Position numbers and translations under genes: made by a program. 64,000 nt of DNA from Ostrea edulis (lineage: Eukaryota), in assembly GCF_947568905.1 (NCBI RefSeq), contig NC_079168.1:8680001-8744000 (forward strand). The letters run 5' to 3'. The notes beneath the pieces are model-generated. The model did not search any database. It saw only the letters and a program-made list of their open reading frames with translations, and was not told the DNA's origin. Positions 52,486 through 64,000 of the stretch are shown here, one piece after another; positions within the stretch are counted from its first letter, which is position 1; the number at the start of each line of letters is the position of its first letter.

Positions 52486-53410
52486 CTGTAATTGTTGTTG
52501 GTACATAATTTTCAAAAACCAGTTTTCTTTTTAAACAAACTTGTACACACAGAATCTAAACCGGTCTGATCCAGAACACCTTCTAAGAGTCGAAGTGTTA
52601 ATGTTCAAATGCTGATGTAACTGCTAAATCCTGTGCATGATAGAAACATGAAATTCAAGACAAATATCTAATATTCCAATATTCATGACATAAGAGATTT
52701 CAGGATGATCAACGCACCTCATGCGTGTCCAGCATCTAATGAATAAACTATGTGACAAATATATTTTACTTGAGTTAAACATTGATTCTTAAATGATAAC
52801 GTTTTAGTCATCCTTCATATCTGCAATTCGATCACAAGAGTTAATGAAATGGGTTGCATTTTTATATTATATACGTCCACATCTATACCGATAACATCAT
52901 ATCTCTATGGCAATAGAAACATTTTGTGCAAAATCATTTTAAAGTAGTATTTGGAGAGATAATAAATAAATCATTATATTTTAGACTCATCAATATTTGA
53001 AGTAAAACAGGTAATTTTTTCTTGGCAAATGTAGCAATGAAGCATAATTTCTTCCTTGATATGGAAAATAATGATGGGCCACAATATAACTTTTTCTTTC
53101 ATTTAGTCATGTGAATGACAGCTGACATAATTAAATCCCCTAACGTGCTTCCGTCTATATCGGAGAAAATGATACAATTTAGGAATCCAACATCAACATA
53201 TGAATCACTGCAGTATATCGAGACCGTAAATAGTATTTATATCACTTGCCAGGTATCCTAATTAACACAATTCCTCAGTTTAAATCAATCAGACATAGCA
53301 GAACTATATCACAGGTTCACTCCCTGCAGGTAAACTTAATGTCACTTACTAAAACAGCAACATTTCCAGTAACCTCTCCCGGCGGAAATTCCATGTCACG
53401 CTGACCGTAC

Positions 53411-54507
53411 AACTTACACTAGTTATAGGTCATTAAGACTTACACTAGTTATAGGTCATTAAGACTTACACTAGTTATAGGTCATTAAGACTTACACTAT
53501 AGATATAGGTACTGCTGACTGACATTAAGACTTACACTATAGATATAGGTGCTGCTGACTGACATTAAGACTTACACTAGTTATAGGTGCTGCTGACTGA
53601 CATTAAGATTTACACTATAGATATAGGTGCTGCTGACTGACATTAAGACTTACACTAGTTATAGGTACTGCTGACTGACATTAAGACTTACACTATAGAT
53701 ATAGGTGCTGCTGACTGACATTAAGACTTACACTATAGATATAGGTGCTGCTGACTGACATTAAGACTTACACTAGTGATAGGTGCTGTTGACTGACATT
53801 AAGACTTACACTAGTTATAGGTGCTGCTGACTGACATTAAGACTTACACTAGTGATAGGTGCTGTTGACTGACATTAAGACTTACACTAGTTATAGGTGC
53901 TGTTGACTGACATTAAGACTTACACTATAGATATAGGTGTTGCTGACTGGCATTAAGACTTCCAGTAGTGATAGGTGCTGCTGACTGACATTAAGACTTA
54001 CACTATAGATATAGGTGCTGCTGACTGACATTAAGATTTACACTAGTTATAGGTACTGCTGACTGACATTAAGACTTACACTATAGATATAGGTGCTGCT
54101 GACTGACATTAAGACTTACATTATAGATATAGGTACTGCTGACTGACATTAAGACTTACATTATAGATATAGGTGCTGCTGACTGACATTAAGACTTCCA
54201 GTAGTGATAGGTGCTGTTGACTGACATTAAGACTTACACTAGTTATAGGTGCTGCTGACTGACATTAAGACTTACACTAGTGATAGGTGCTGTTGACTGA
54301 CATTAAGACTTACACTAGTTATAGGTGCTGCTGACTGACATTAAGACTTACACTATAGATATAGGTGCTGCTGACTGACATTAAGATTTACACTAGTGAT
54401 AGGTGTTGCTGACTGACATTAAGACTTACACTAGTTATAGGTGCTGCTGACTGACATTAAGACTTACACTATAGATATAGGTGCTGCTGACTGACATTAA
54501 GACTTAC
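53411..54507. repeat. 38-40-bp minisatellite made of the exon end plus 5' splice site of exon 54508-54614, about 28 copies
   Basis: The minus-strand unit cagcagcacctatcactagt|gtaagtcttaatgtcagt equals the last 20 exon nt plus the first 18 intron nt. Confidence 0.95.
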
Positions 54508-54614
54508 ACTAGTGATAGGTGCTGCTGGGTTCGGTTGGCCGTTATATTTAGCTGCTGAAGATGACTTCCGTCTCCCAGGTCTGGTTAAAGCAGGAGAATG
54601 TGGCAATGGGTTGG
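54508..54614 (-). CDS. RAPGEF4: Epac/RAPGEF4 exon, pre-DEP linker (ANPLPHSPALTRPGRRKSSSAAKYNGQPNPAAPITS)
   Basis: ttttaaag|CC gives the required phase 1. Donor AGT|gtaagt is phase 0 and joins IPSEK (compare vertebrate PANTITKVPSEK). The acceptor was chosen by frame. Confidence 0.75.
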
Positions 54615-54764
54615 CTTTAAAATATCTTTCAAAAGTTAGAACGTAGAAAAAATGGCATTTAGGTACATACATGCTTTACAGTAAGGTATTGGGTTCATTT
54701 TCTTTTCTATATCAATAAAACTACATATGTAGTTAAGATCAGATGATTTAGTCTGCAGAGTGAA

Positions 54765-55016
54765 CTGCCCCACCCCCTATCTTCTCCCCATACCTACAAG
54801 TGAGATGTCACTCAGCAAAGTTAACTGCTGCCCTACCCCCTACCTACATGCGAGATGTCACTCTGCAAAGTTAACTGCTGCCCCACCCCCTACCTACAAG
54901 TGAGATGTCACTCAGCAAAGTTAACTCATGCTGCCCCACCCCCTACCTACAAGTGAGATGTCACTCAGCAAAGTTAACTGCTGCCCCGCCCCATACCTGC
55001 ATGTGAGATGTCACTC
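54765..55016. repeat. About 50-bp minisatellite x5 starting at the donor of exon 55019-55076
   Basis: Minus strand: donor gtgagtgacatctcac, copies ctgagtgacatctcac. Confidence 0.92.
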
Positions 55017-55018
55017 AC

Positions 55019-55076
55019 CTGTCACCGACAGCCTCTCCAAAGGGGTGATAACTCCTTCTAGCAATTTCTTACTCCC
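55019..55076 (-). CDS. RAPGEF4: Epac/RAPGEF4 exon, post-CNB-A linker (GSKKLLEGVITPLERLSVT)
   Basis: ctttgcag|GGG and ACA G|gtgagt, 58 nt, phase 0/1. Positionally similar to the [20 protein letters not shown] segment of vertebrate Epac2. Confidence 0.85.
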
Positions 55077-57617
55077 CTGCAAAGAGCAAATACAGAGTTT
55101 TTGTCCATTTTGTTTTAAATCTAGCTCATACACCGGGTAACCCAGACAAATGTCCAAACCATCAGAGCAGAACACTTGTTCTTTGCTCAGATGAATCAAA
55201 TCTGGGGCAGACAACTTTTGGGGTCTGAGGGTTCTTTTAAAAGGGGTTCTCAGATTTATTTTTTTCAGGGTCTTCCAGGAATAAGACAAGCTTTGTGTTC
55301 TTTTCACTTTCATGATCCCTTCAATATTAGGGCTTCATAATTTTATTAGCATTATTTTGATATTGGTTCTCATATCAAAAGCTGTTCCTTTCTTTTCACT
55401 TTGAATTGTATTATCATCTGCCGAGAATTCTATCGCCATGTCCCCCAAATAACCAAAACTGTTAGTAATTTTCTCTCAAGAAAAACATGGCCTCCCCATG
55501 AGATTATAATTCATAGTTGTTTTAGCACAAATGGTATTAATGTTACTGTTTTTGATAATAATGGACTCTTTTTTTCCCTTTGCCGTAGAGAGATTTATTG
55601 CAAGTAGCATGGCTGATGAACGAGGTGGTACTAAAAGCTCAAATCCTATAGGCCACTCAGTCAGCAATAGAAGATTGCTAGAATAGCAAAATAGCCCTTG
55701 GATATTCACATCATTGTCAAACTGTGAGCACCAAGATTAACCCATCAACTGTGTAATCAGGTAAAAATGTCCATCAAATGAGGAAAATGAAATGCTTTTC
55801 TCCCCTATGACTTAATTTGCATGGACTGGATCTGTCAATGTTTATTTGATCAGGACCTCAAATTGGAGAGCCTTTGGAATGTTCTGTGTTAGAAGTCTAT
55901 GAACACTAATTCAAACTGCATCTCCAAACTGTCAAAATCTTGTCAAAATGCATGCAGGGAAAGGATCAGTATTGACAGGTACAGCAGAAATTTTCAACAT
56001 GGCAGATCAATATCACTTGTCACATCAACACACTGAAAACTAGGAAGAATCATTTACTCCGGCTCTCACAGTAAGGAAGACAGTTTTCCATGTTTGAACT
56101 AACAAGTCAATTGTAAAGCAGTACGTAGCAAGATAATCTCCTGTGATATGCCTGGGTTTTTTTTTACAACAGAAAATCCACAAGCCTCATTAGGGTCTTG
56201 TTTCCAGGCTACCAGAATTGGATTCTCAAGTGAAGACAATTTAGCTCCTGGGGAATCCAAGCTTGACACACTGCTAATTTTTTGACCATGTAAAAACTAA
56301 TACGTCCACAAGTTTACAACATCAGAGAAAAACACTGTATCTAAATGCTGCTGTTTTCATGACTGCACTTTTCAAAACTGAAAGAAAATCCTTAAAGAAT
56401 TGCTTCCACATGGTTTTGTAATCTGAGTATACACACAACATCTGCGACGTATGCTAAATTCAAACTTTACGGGATTTTTAAGCTAAGTTCATTTCATTGG
56501 CTGCACAATAATCTGTAGACAGCTTGGGGAATTTTCTTTCTTTTGAGTAGCTATTCATAAAAACCATTGAACATGATATGCTCTTGTAGTTTGAAGGTCA
56601 ATAGTGTGTCCTTCAAGGTATGTATGTAATAAACCATCTATAAAGTGCAAAGTCCACTTGTGATACATTCAGAGATAAGTCCTTTGTTCACACACAGTGA
56701 ATTCACTTATCTGTAAAATCTATAGTTTGGCTTCTCCATACTAAAGCTCTAAAATCCCAATTTATCATTAAAAAAAATGGTGACAAAGATAATTGCCTTT
56801 TATGGTGTTTAATGAACACTTTACACATTAAGGGAGTTTAATCTAGAAACCAAACCAGGTTTAGAGGGCTGTGAACTAAAATTATCTAATGGAATACATT
56901 GATTTTTTTCCTCCAGTGTATGGAGCATTTCATCTCATTTTTTACATATCATGAAATACATCTAAAAATCACATTAAATTCTGTAAACCAGAACTCTGTT
57001 TTACAAAAGAACTTATGACTAAGACTAACAATGTTACATTATAGGTCTTAATATTTGTCAGTTTAATTGATTTTGTGACATTATACTTATATAATATTAC
57101 ATAACTGAATTCCTCTTAAATCACAATATAATCAATATAAGAATGAAATAAATTGCAAACAAAGATTTTGGTCTTAGTCGAAAGTTTTTTGTAAAATGTG
57201 GCCCAGATCGATGTCATATGGCGCTTTCGTGATGCTTGGTATGAGAGTATGCATACTGTTAATTCTGGGACGTTATTATTTGATATCAATGGTCTATATA
57301 ATTTTCCACTAAATAAAATTTCTGAAGAGTATTACACTGAAACCATGTCAAACAACAGTCTGCTTCTTTTTTTTTATAGAAAAAAATTGATGTGCCTTCA
57401 TTAAGAAAATATATAAAAAGTGTCCCTCTGCAGATTTAGTGAAGTGTCCCATGCTTCATGTTTATGATGATCGTTTTTCCTTTGTACTATTTTTTTTATG
57501 TATGCAATATACTTGCCAGGTGTACGAACTGTTTGTTTCCTTTTATATATCTCTGTTTGCTGTTGTAAAATGGCGCTGCTGAGGTACAATACATGATTGA
57601 AGAGCATAATATACAGA

Positions 57618-57822
57618 GGCCTCCAAATTAATGATTTCACACTTCAGTGATTTAAGGTGGCCTCCAAATTAATGATTTCACACTACAGTGATTTAAGGTG
57701 GCCTCCAAATTAATGATTTCACAATTCAGTGATTTAAGGTGGCCTCCAAATTAATGATTTCACAATTCAGTGATTTAAGGTGGCCACCAAATTAATTATT
57801 TCACACTACACTGATTTAAGGA
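57618..57822. repeat. 41-bp minisatellite x5
   Basis: ggcctccaaattaatgatttcacacttcagtgatttaaggt. Confidence 0.93.
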
Positions 57823-58084
57823 CATACACTACATTTCTCAATTATATATATTAATTTTTCATGATTTTTCAAGTACAATTCACTTGCATTCTATCTCGTT
57901 TCTACAAAAATCTTGGGGTGTATTACTATCTGTTTTAGAGCTAACATATTTCGATAGTTCTGACTTTATATATGTTTGTTTATTATTCTTTATTTGATTT
58001 GTATTTTAATAAATGACTATTCTTATTCCTTCAAGGTGGCTGTTACTGTTATGAAGTCATAGGATAAACAAAGCACTGTTGTGA

Positions 58085-60018
58085 ATTTGAACAACTCTTG
58101 ATTAACACTGGCTCTTGTTTTTAAATCATTCTGTATTTACTTTCCACAGGATTTCTTCTCTTTTGTAAAATCATTCCGTATTTGACCTCCCACAGGATTT
58201 CTCTTGTTTTTAAGTCATCCTATATTTGACCTCCCACAGGTTAAATCATTCTGTATTTACAGACCCTGAAACGTGCTACTACACCTTAAAAACGAACCGA
58301 ACCGTTCCGTGCAAGAAACGAAACGTACCGTTCAAGAAACGTACCGTACCGTGCAAAAAACGAACCGTACCATTCAAGAAACGAACCGTATCGTTCAAAA
58401 AGCGTACCGTACCGTGCAGAAAGCGTGCAGGATAATATTATGCAAACCCCGCCCCCAAAAGCCCGAAAGCGTACCGTACCGTGCAGAAAGTGTGCAATTT
58501 ATGTCACGTGACCCACTTTTTCAGCCACATGTACACGTATGTATATTATTATTAAGATACAAGATATTTTATTGACCAATCAAGGTCCCCGGAAGGCATT
58601 GTTAACAAAACGAAATATGATTTAAACATTATTTCTATATGTTCTGCATATGTTTAGTTTTATCAAATCGGCCGCAAAAAATTATTCATTTCAGCATTTT
58701 CAAGTATTTCAACAATATATAGAAAAGGTATATGAAACATTTTTATTGCAAACTATACACTTGACTTACTTTTCTGTTAATTTTTTTAAATTCAATTTTC
58801 AGTGATCAAAAATAAAGTCGGGGAAATGAAAATCGGACTTCGCGTGATAAAGGATAGGAATATATATGTATTATCATCATGTTATTTGATTCAAAGACAA
58901 ATGCAACAGATATCTAACATTATTAATTATGAATGACTGAATGCTGACAAAAAAGGACGTACAAACTTCACGTGCAGATATCCTGGATCTTTCATAATGC
59001 CGATGATAAATCACAATAAATGTGAAGTGCAGAAAATAATCATTGTGTCATTTGCGACTTTAGTGTATTCAAAACAAAATTCACTTCTTCTTAAAAACTT
59101 TTCCAATTTAGGTACTGTAATTTATATCCAGAAACTTAATACGCTTTGTTTTTACACTTACGCACGCCCATGTCGGGGAGCAGTTCATGTAACAACTTTT
59201 TATAAAATCGTAAATTAATAAATGTCTGATGAGAAATGAAAAACAAATTGAAACGTAATAACAACCATTAAGACTTAGACTTAAGCAAATTCTAAAAACT
59301 TTTATTCATAACTTTTATGTACGTTATCAATATGGAATTATTCCATCGAAGCAATCAAAAATAACGTCTCATTTCCCCATGTGCACATTCTAACACAACC
59401 ACAAATCCTGCAGCCGATAATCAAAGAGCCGAATAAGACCGATCGAGTGAAAACAAACTATCGAAACGTACAATTTATACGAAGTCAAAGCGTTCAGCGT
59501 GACGCCCACCTCATTAATAAAACGTGCAAACCATTCACAAAGCGTGCAGCTATTTTTAGCAAACCGTACCGTGCAAGAAGCGAACCGTACCGTTCAAGAA
59601 GCGCACCGTACCGTGCAAGAAACGAACCGTACCGTTCAAGAAACGAACCGTACCGTTCAGAAAACGAACCGTACCATTCATAAAGCGTACCGAACCGTAC
59701 CGTGCAACTGGTGTAGTAGCACGTTTCAGGGTCTGTACTTCCCACAGGATTTCTCTTGTTTTTAAGTCATCCTGTATTTGACCTCCCACAGGTTAAATCA
59801 TTCTGTATTTACTTCCCACAGGATTTCTCTTGTTTTTAAGTCATCCTGTATTTGACCTCCCACAGGTTATATCATTCCGTATTTACTTTCCACAGGATTT
59901 CTCTTGTTTTTAAGTCATCCTGTATTTTACATCTCACAGGATTTCTCTTGTTTTTAAGTCATCCCGTATTTTACATCTCACAGGATTTCTCTTTTTAAAT
60001 CATTGCATATTAATTTAC
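58085..60018. repeat. Degenerate 31/43-bp array of the exon end and donor of exon 60019-60165, interrupted by a MITE
   Basis: Minus-strand copies of aaatcctgtgggag|gt(a/c)aat on both sides of the insertion. Confidence 0.88.
58260..59735. mobile_element. 1476-bp non-autonomous Tc1/mariner-type element with 26-bp perfect TIRs and TA TSD
   Basis: TA|CAGACCCTGAAACGTGCTACTACACC...GGTGTAGTAGCACGTTTCAGGGTCTG|TA. Removing it and one TA restores the host repeat ctgtatttacttcccacagg. No transposase ORF. Confidence 0.92.
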
Positions 60019-60165
60019 CTCCCACAGGATTTTGAAGTCCTTTTGTTCCACTCTGATGAGCTCGGTAAATTCTCGAGTGGTCACTGTACCATATCTGGGT
60101 TTGTTGGTCAAGATGGACTCCCCAAAGCAGATGCCCGGTACAAGATTACTGACGATAACTGCATC
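60019..60165 (-). CDS. RAPGEF4: Epac/RAPGEF4 exon, CNB-A second half ([49 protein letters not shown])
   Basis: Manual translation gives FGESIL..PR..T..TRE..EL.R.EQKDFK.LWE, matching the Epac2 CNB-A motif. Splice sites ttttcag|GAT and GAG|gtaaat, 147 nt, phase 0/0. Not called by the ORF track. Confidence 0.95.
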
Positions 60166-60520
60166 CTGAAAAATGATAGCCATGGTAGACTAGTCTCAAA
60201 CATTGCAAAGGGTTTACAGATCTGCAATTAAACCATAATTGCCATTTTGAAAAGACATACTGCAGAAACAAACACAGTTACTCCTGCATGTCTACAACCA
60301 GATTAAAATCAAATTTTGTCATCTTTATTCATAAAGTTATCGTGACGGTGTATAAATGGTGCTTGGGTATTTAGACACTGTAATATAGATATATTCATAA
60401 AAAGAAAATTCTGCTATGATCATGAGACCATGTAATCTGGCCTTCAGAGAACCAGCACCTGTTGAACATTTCAATTCTGCACCTACATGTGGCCAATTAT
60501 GCACATAAATTTCACTAAAT

Positions 60521-60960
60521 AAATACTGCACCTAAAGTATCCAATACTGCACCTAAATGTATCCGATACTCAATACTGCACCTAAATGTATCCAATACTG
60601 CACCTAAATGTATCCAATACTCAATATTGCACCTAAATGTATCCAATACTGCACCTAAATGTATCCAATACTCAATATTGCACCTAAATGTATCCAATAC
60701 TGCACCTAAATGTATCCAATACTCAATACTGCACCTAAATGTATCCAATACTGCACCTAAATGTATCCAATACTCAATATTGCACCTAAATGTATCCAAT
60801 ACTGCACCTAAATGTATGAATACTGCACCTTTAATAGGTATAATACTGCACCTAAATGTATCCAATATTCAATACTGCACCTACACCTATTAAAAACTGC
60901 ATACACCTACATCTATTAAATACTGCATACACCTACATCTATTAAATACTGCACCTACAT
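60521..60960. repeat. 22/29-bp minisatellite (aatactgcacctaaatgtatcc)n
   Basis: Visible copies. Confidence 0.95.
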
Positions 60961-63900
60961 GTATCCAATTCTATAAAACTAAACCTACATGCATCCAATA
61001 TCCTACCATCTAATAGGGACAGGTGCAAAACTTGGTCCATATAAATTGTAATGAAAAAATCACTTATTAATAAGATCATCTGCAGTGGAAGTACAAATAA
61101 TTCAAAGAAACGAGATTTATATCATGTTTTGTCACAATGTACATCAATCAAAAATACACAAAATATATCAATTTCAGGAAAACCTGTAAGAAATATTTTA
61201 GAAAGTCTCTTTTATCTTGCAATGACTTTCAATACAAATACGAGATCCAGCATTAGGTCAGATAGCCGGATTAAATATGGATGCAGTGGGAATATTCATG
61301 ACAGATATGCATTTCCGCAATAAGCCTGTATAAACAAATACACAAATTCCCATAGCTGTATAATCTTTTTTATCAATATCCACTGCCCTTACTGTGAATA
61401 ATTAGGAAATAGTATCCTGCTATCCTGCTACAGTTTTCTATAGAGGTTCATAACGATGTCAGAAGCCCAAGATAAATCATATTCTGGCTAGGAAAAAAGG
61501 TGCCAACACTTTCTGATGAACTTAATTTGTGGGCCTTAGGTAAGGAACATTCAATTTACTTCCCTTGAATCAATAGTTTAAAGTGAATATCACAATGATG
61601 AGGGAGTGCTTTATTTATCTAGTAATCGCTATCCAGACTTTTCTCTTTTTCTGTCTGTCAATATATATTGATATTCCCATCCTCGCCTTGCGTGATTGGA
61701 ATTAATTAATTCAGCACAATTAATAAGAAACAAATTTTATGAAGACGCAATTGGGCACATTCTCTTTCCTTGAGTATGTGTTTTATGACTGCGGAATAGG
61801 TTTCCGTGACATGTAGCTATACTTTAAATTCTCATTGCTTAGTGTCAGCACATCAATAAAATATAAATTATTAAGGGGTGCGAGAATAATCCGACAAAGC
61901 CGCTTTGAACTTGTGAAGCACCATCTTTACAGGACAGGTAGTACAATTTGCAGATCTTTTCTTGATAATCTTGACTCATCAGAGTGAAAAATATTCTGTA
62001 ACAAAAAAATTACAAAATATAATTTCATTATCCACATCTATAGCGAATTACAAAGAGTTCGATTCAGTAATAGCTATTTCTGACTCTCATAGGTCAAACA
62101 TTCTCTGATTTCCCTGAAATTCATGAATTTCCATATTCAAATGTCAAATTCTTAAATTCAAATTGTTTTCCAGACTGATTCCTCCTCTGGAATATGGTTT
62201 CAGAAATTTGGTGATTGTTTGGGTTGTCCTTGAAAAATGTGTCTGACAGCAATTTAGTCTTTAATTATTATAAGGATACATGCAAAACTAGACTACTGCA
62301 TTTGCATTATTAAGATGCAAGGATTAACTTTGAAATCTAAATTTGTATTTTCCATTCTAGCGATTTTCAGTAATTTCCAAGAAATTAATGTCTTTATGTC
62401 ATTTATTGTAAATTCATAAAAAGTTTACCATAAAGAACGATATACGACTATGATGAATTTCTGTATTCAAGGAATAGTATGAAAACAACGGAGGCATGAA
62501 GTAATTTGTAGAATTGGAGAAGCATGTGATTTTATCATATAACTTCAGGTGTAATGGAATACAGGTCAAACTGTTCCATGATTTCACAATGGTAGCTACT
62601 TATTCTCTTCAAAATCTAATTAAATATTACTACTTTAATGGCCATCTGACAACAATCAATAAGGTTACAATGCAACATTCCAGAAGTCTTTGAAGTAGCA
62701 ACTTGTGACCTTGAGAAATGACCTTTGAAGATTCCCCCGTGGGTACGACATTTTACATTAAAGTGTTGCTATTAAACAAGGGTACCGTTAAGTGAGGTGC
62801 AATGCGATACAAATACACAATATACTTTATTTGATATATAAAACATGGATGCTAATTTGCAAAGCAAACTCTGTTTTAATAGATACACACAATTTCTGAA
62901 ATAACAAAGATTGACAAGTGTCATTTCATTGCCACTAAAGCAGTTATTGTAATAAAATATGTGAAACAATTGTATGCTTATAAAATTGTATGATTATTGG
63001 AAATTTTAAGTTCAAGTTTTACAGTAATTTTGATGTAAGCTAGAGCCATAGTATCACTACATGGGGTTACACCCCCCCCCCCCTGTTTTTTTGTTGGGAA
63101 ATTTTTACCACAGGTTACTTTGTGTCACTACAACCTCCTCACAAAATATTTCAGATCCACCCCTGCATGCTAAGTCTGCTTCAGGATCCTGGAGCCAGAG
63201 CACCAAAATTTTTCTAGTGAGAGTGATAATATCATCATTGCACTAATTGAAAATCATTATACATTAAACCCCCCCCCCCCCCCCCCCCCCCCCCACTCTC
63301 TCTTGTAGTCTGTTTTGGGGAGGGGGGTGTTAGCGAATAAGTGTGGTCAATGAGATTTCTGCAATAGCTACATATATCAGTTTATATTAACACTGTATGT
63401 GCAAGCTTTGTCATCTAAACGTGAGATACCAGATAACTATATATTGGGCTTATCCATTCGTAGAGAGAAGGAGAATTTTCACTGAATATAACCCACATCT
63501 AGAACAATCTTCAGGGACAACTGTCAGACAAACTGTATCCAAAGTACTAGGCATTGTAAACTATTTCTTCAATCAAGGATAAAACAACCATACATTATAT
63601 TCACAATTAATATTTGTGAAAATACCTCTTTATTTTGATAGATTTATTCCAGAAAAATATCTTCATTGATTGTTACCATTTTCTCCAGTGACTGCATGTC
63701 TGTTTTTTCATTAGAACATGAATTCAAATCAAGCACCACCTGGAGGTAATTTAGGCATCGATCTGTTTGTATTTTTTTTTCTTCATCTTTTGATTATGTT
63801 TGGTCATTTTATGGCATTTATGTACATTAATTTTGCATTTTTCTGATTGATCTGTAATTCACATGATTTATTTGGATTTTATATTCACATGTACATTTAT

Positions 63901-64000
63901 TCAGCAAAAAAGAGAGCTGCTTTGGAAAATGTATTATTTATTAAAAATGCATATGTTAAAGTTTTTTCATTGTAGAACTTGATTTTAACATTGATTTTGT

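Noticed and set aside
54615-54627. Upstream AG (ttttgaaag|A) as acceptor of the linker exon
   Set aside because: It is phase 2 and incompatible with the phase-1 donor at 55019. The AG 11 nt downstream keeps the frame.
60166-64000. Next upstream Epac exon (LFRQGD.G..WYAVL.GSL)
   Set aside because: I could not find it in any frame, so it is presumed to lie beyond the window.

Overview
AT-rich animal genomic DNA. The repeat families look like those of an oyster (Ostreidae); this is inference, not a database result. The whole window lies inside one minus-strand gene, an Epac/RAPGEF4-type cAMP-regulated Rap GEF. I assembled 16 phase-consistent GT-AG exons (60165 down to 365, 1906 nt, about 635 codons) covering the second half of CNB-A, DEP, CNB-B, REM and the RA domain. 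The N-terminal exons and the CDC25 domain lie outside the window. Intron 4506-5865 has U12 (minor spliceosome) signals. The 32-kb intron 8346-40449 holds an unannotated in-phase exon candidate (23326-23426) that re-encodes the TLAQI...M.L.K helix of the canonical exon, suggesting a short Epac2C-like isoform or a cassette exon. Introns are packed with minisatellites, SINEs, MITEs, Helentron-type (HINE) elements, and Penelope-like and Crypton-like fragments. The most unusual pattern is that at least five tandem arrays begin exactly at a splice junction and are amplified copies of the exon end or splice site. One is an array of about 28 mostly intact AGT|GTAAGT donors, and another duplicates the U12 branch point and acceptor.
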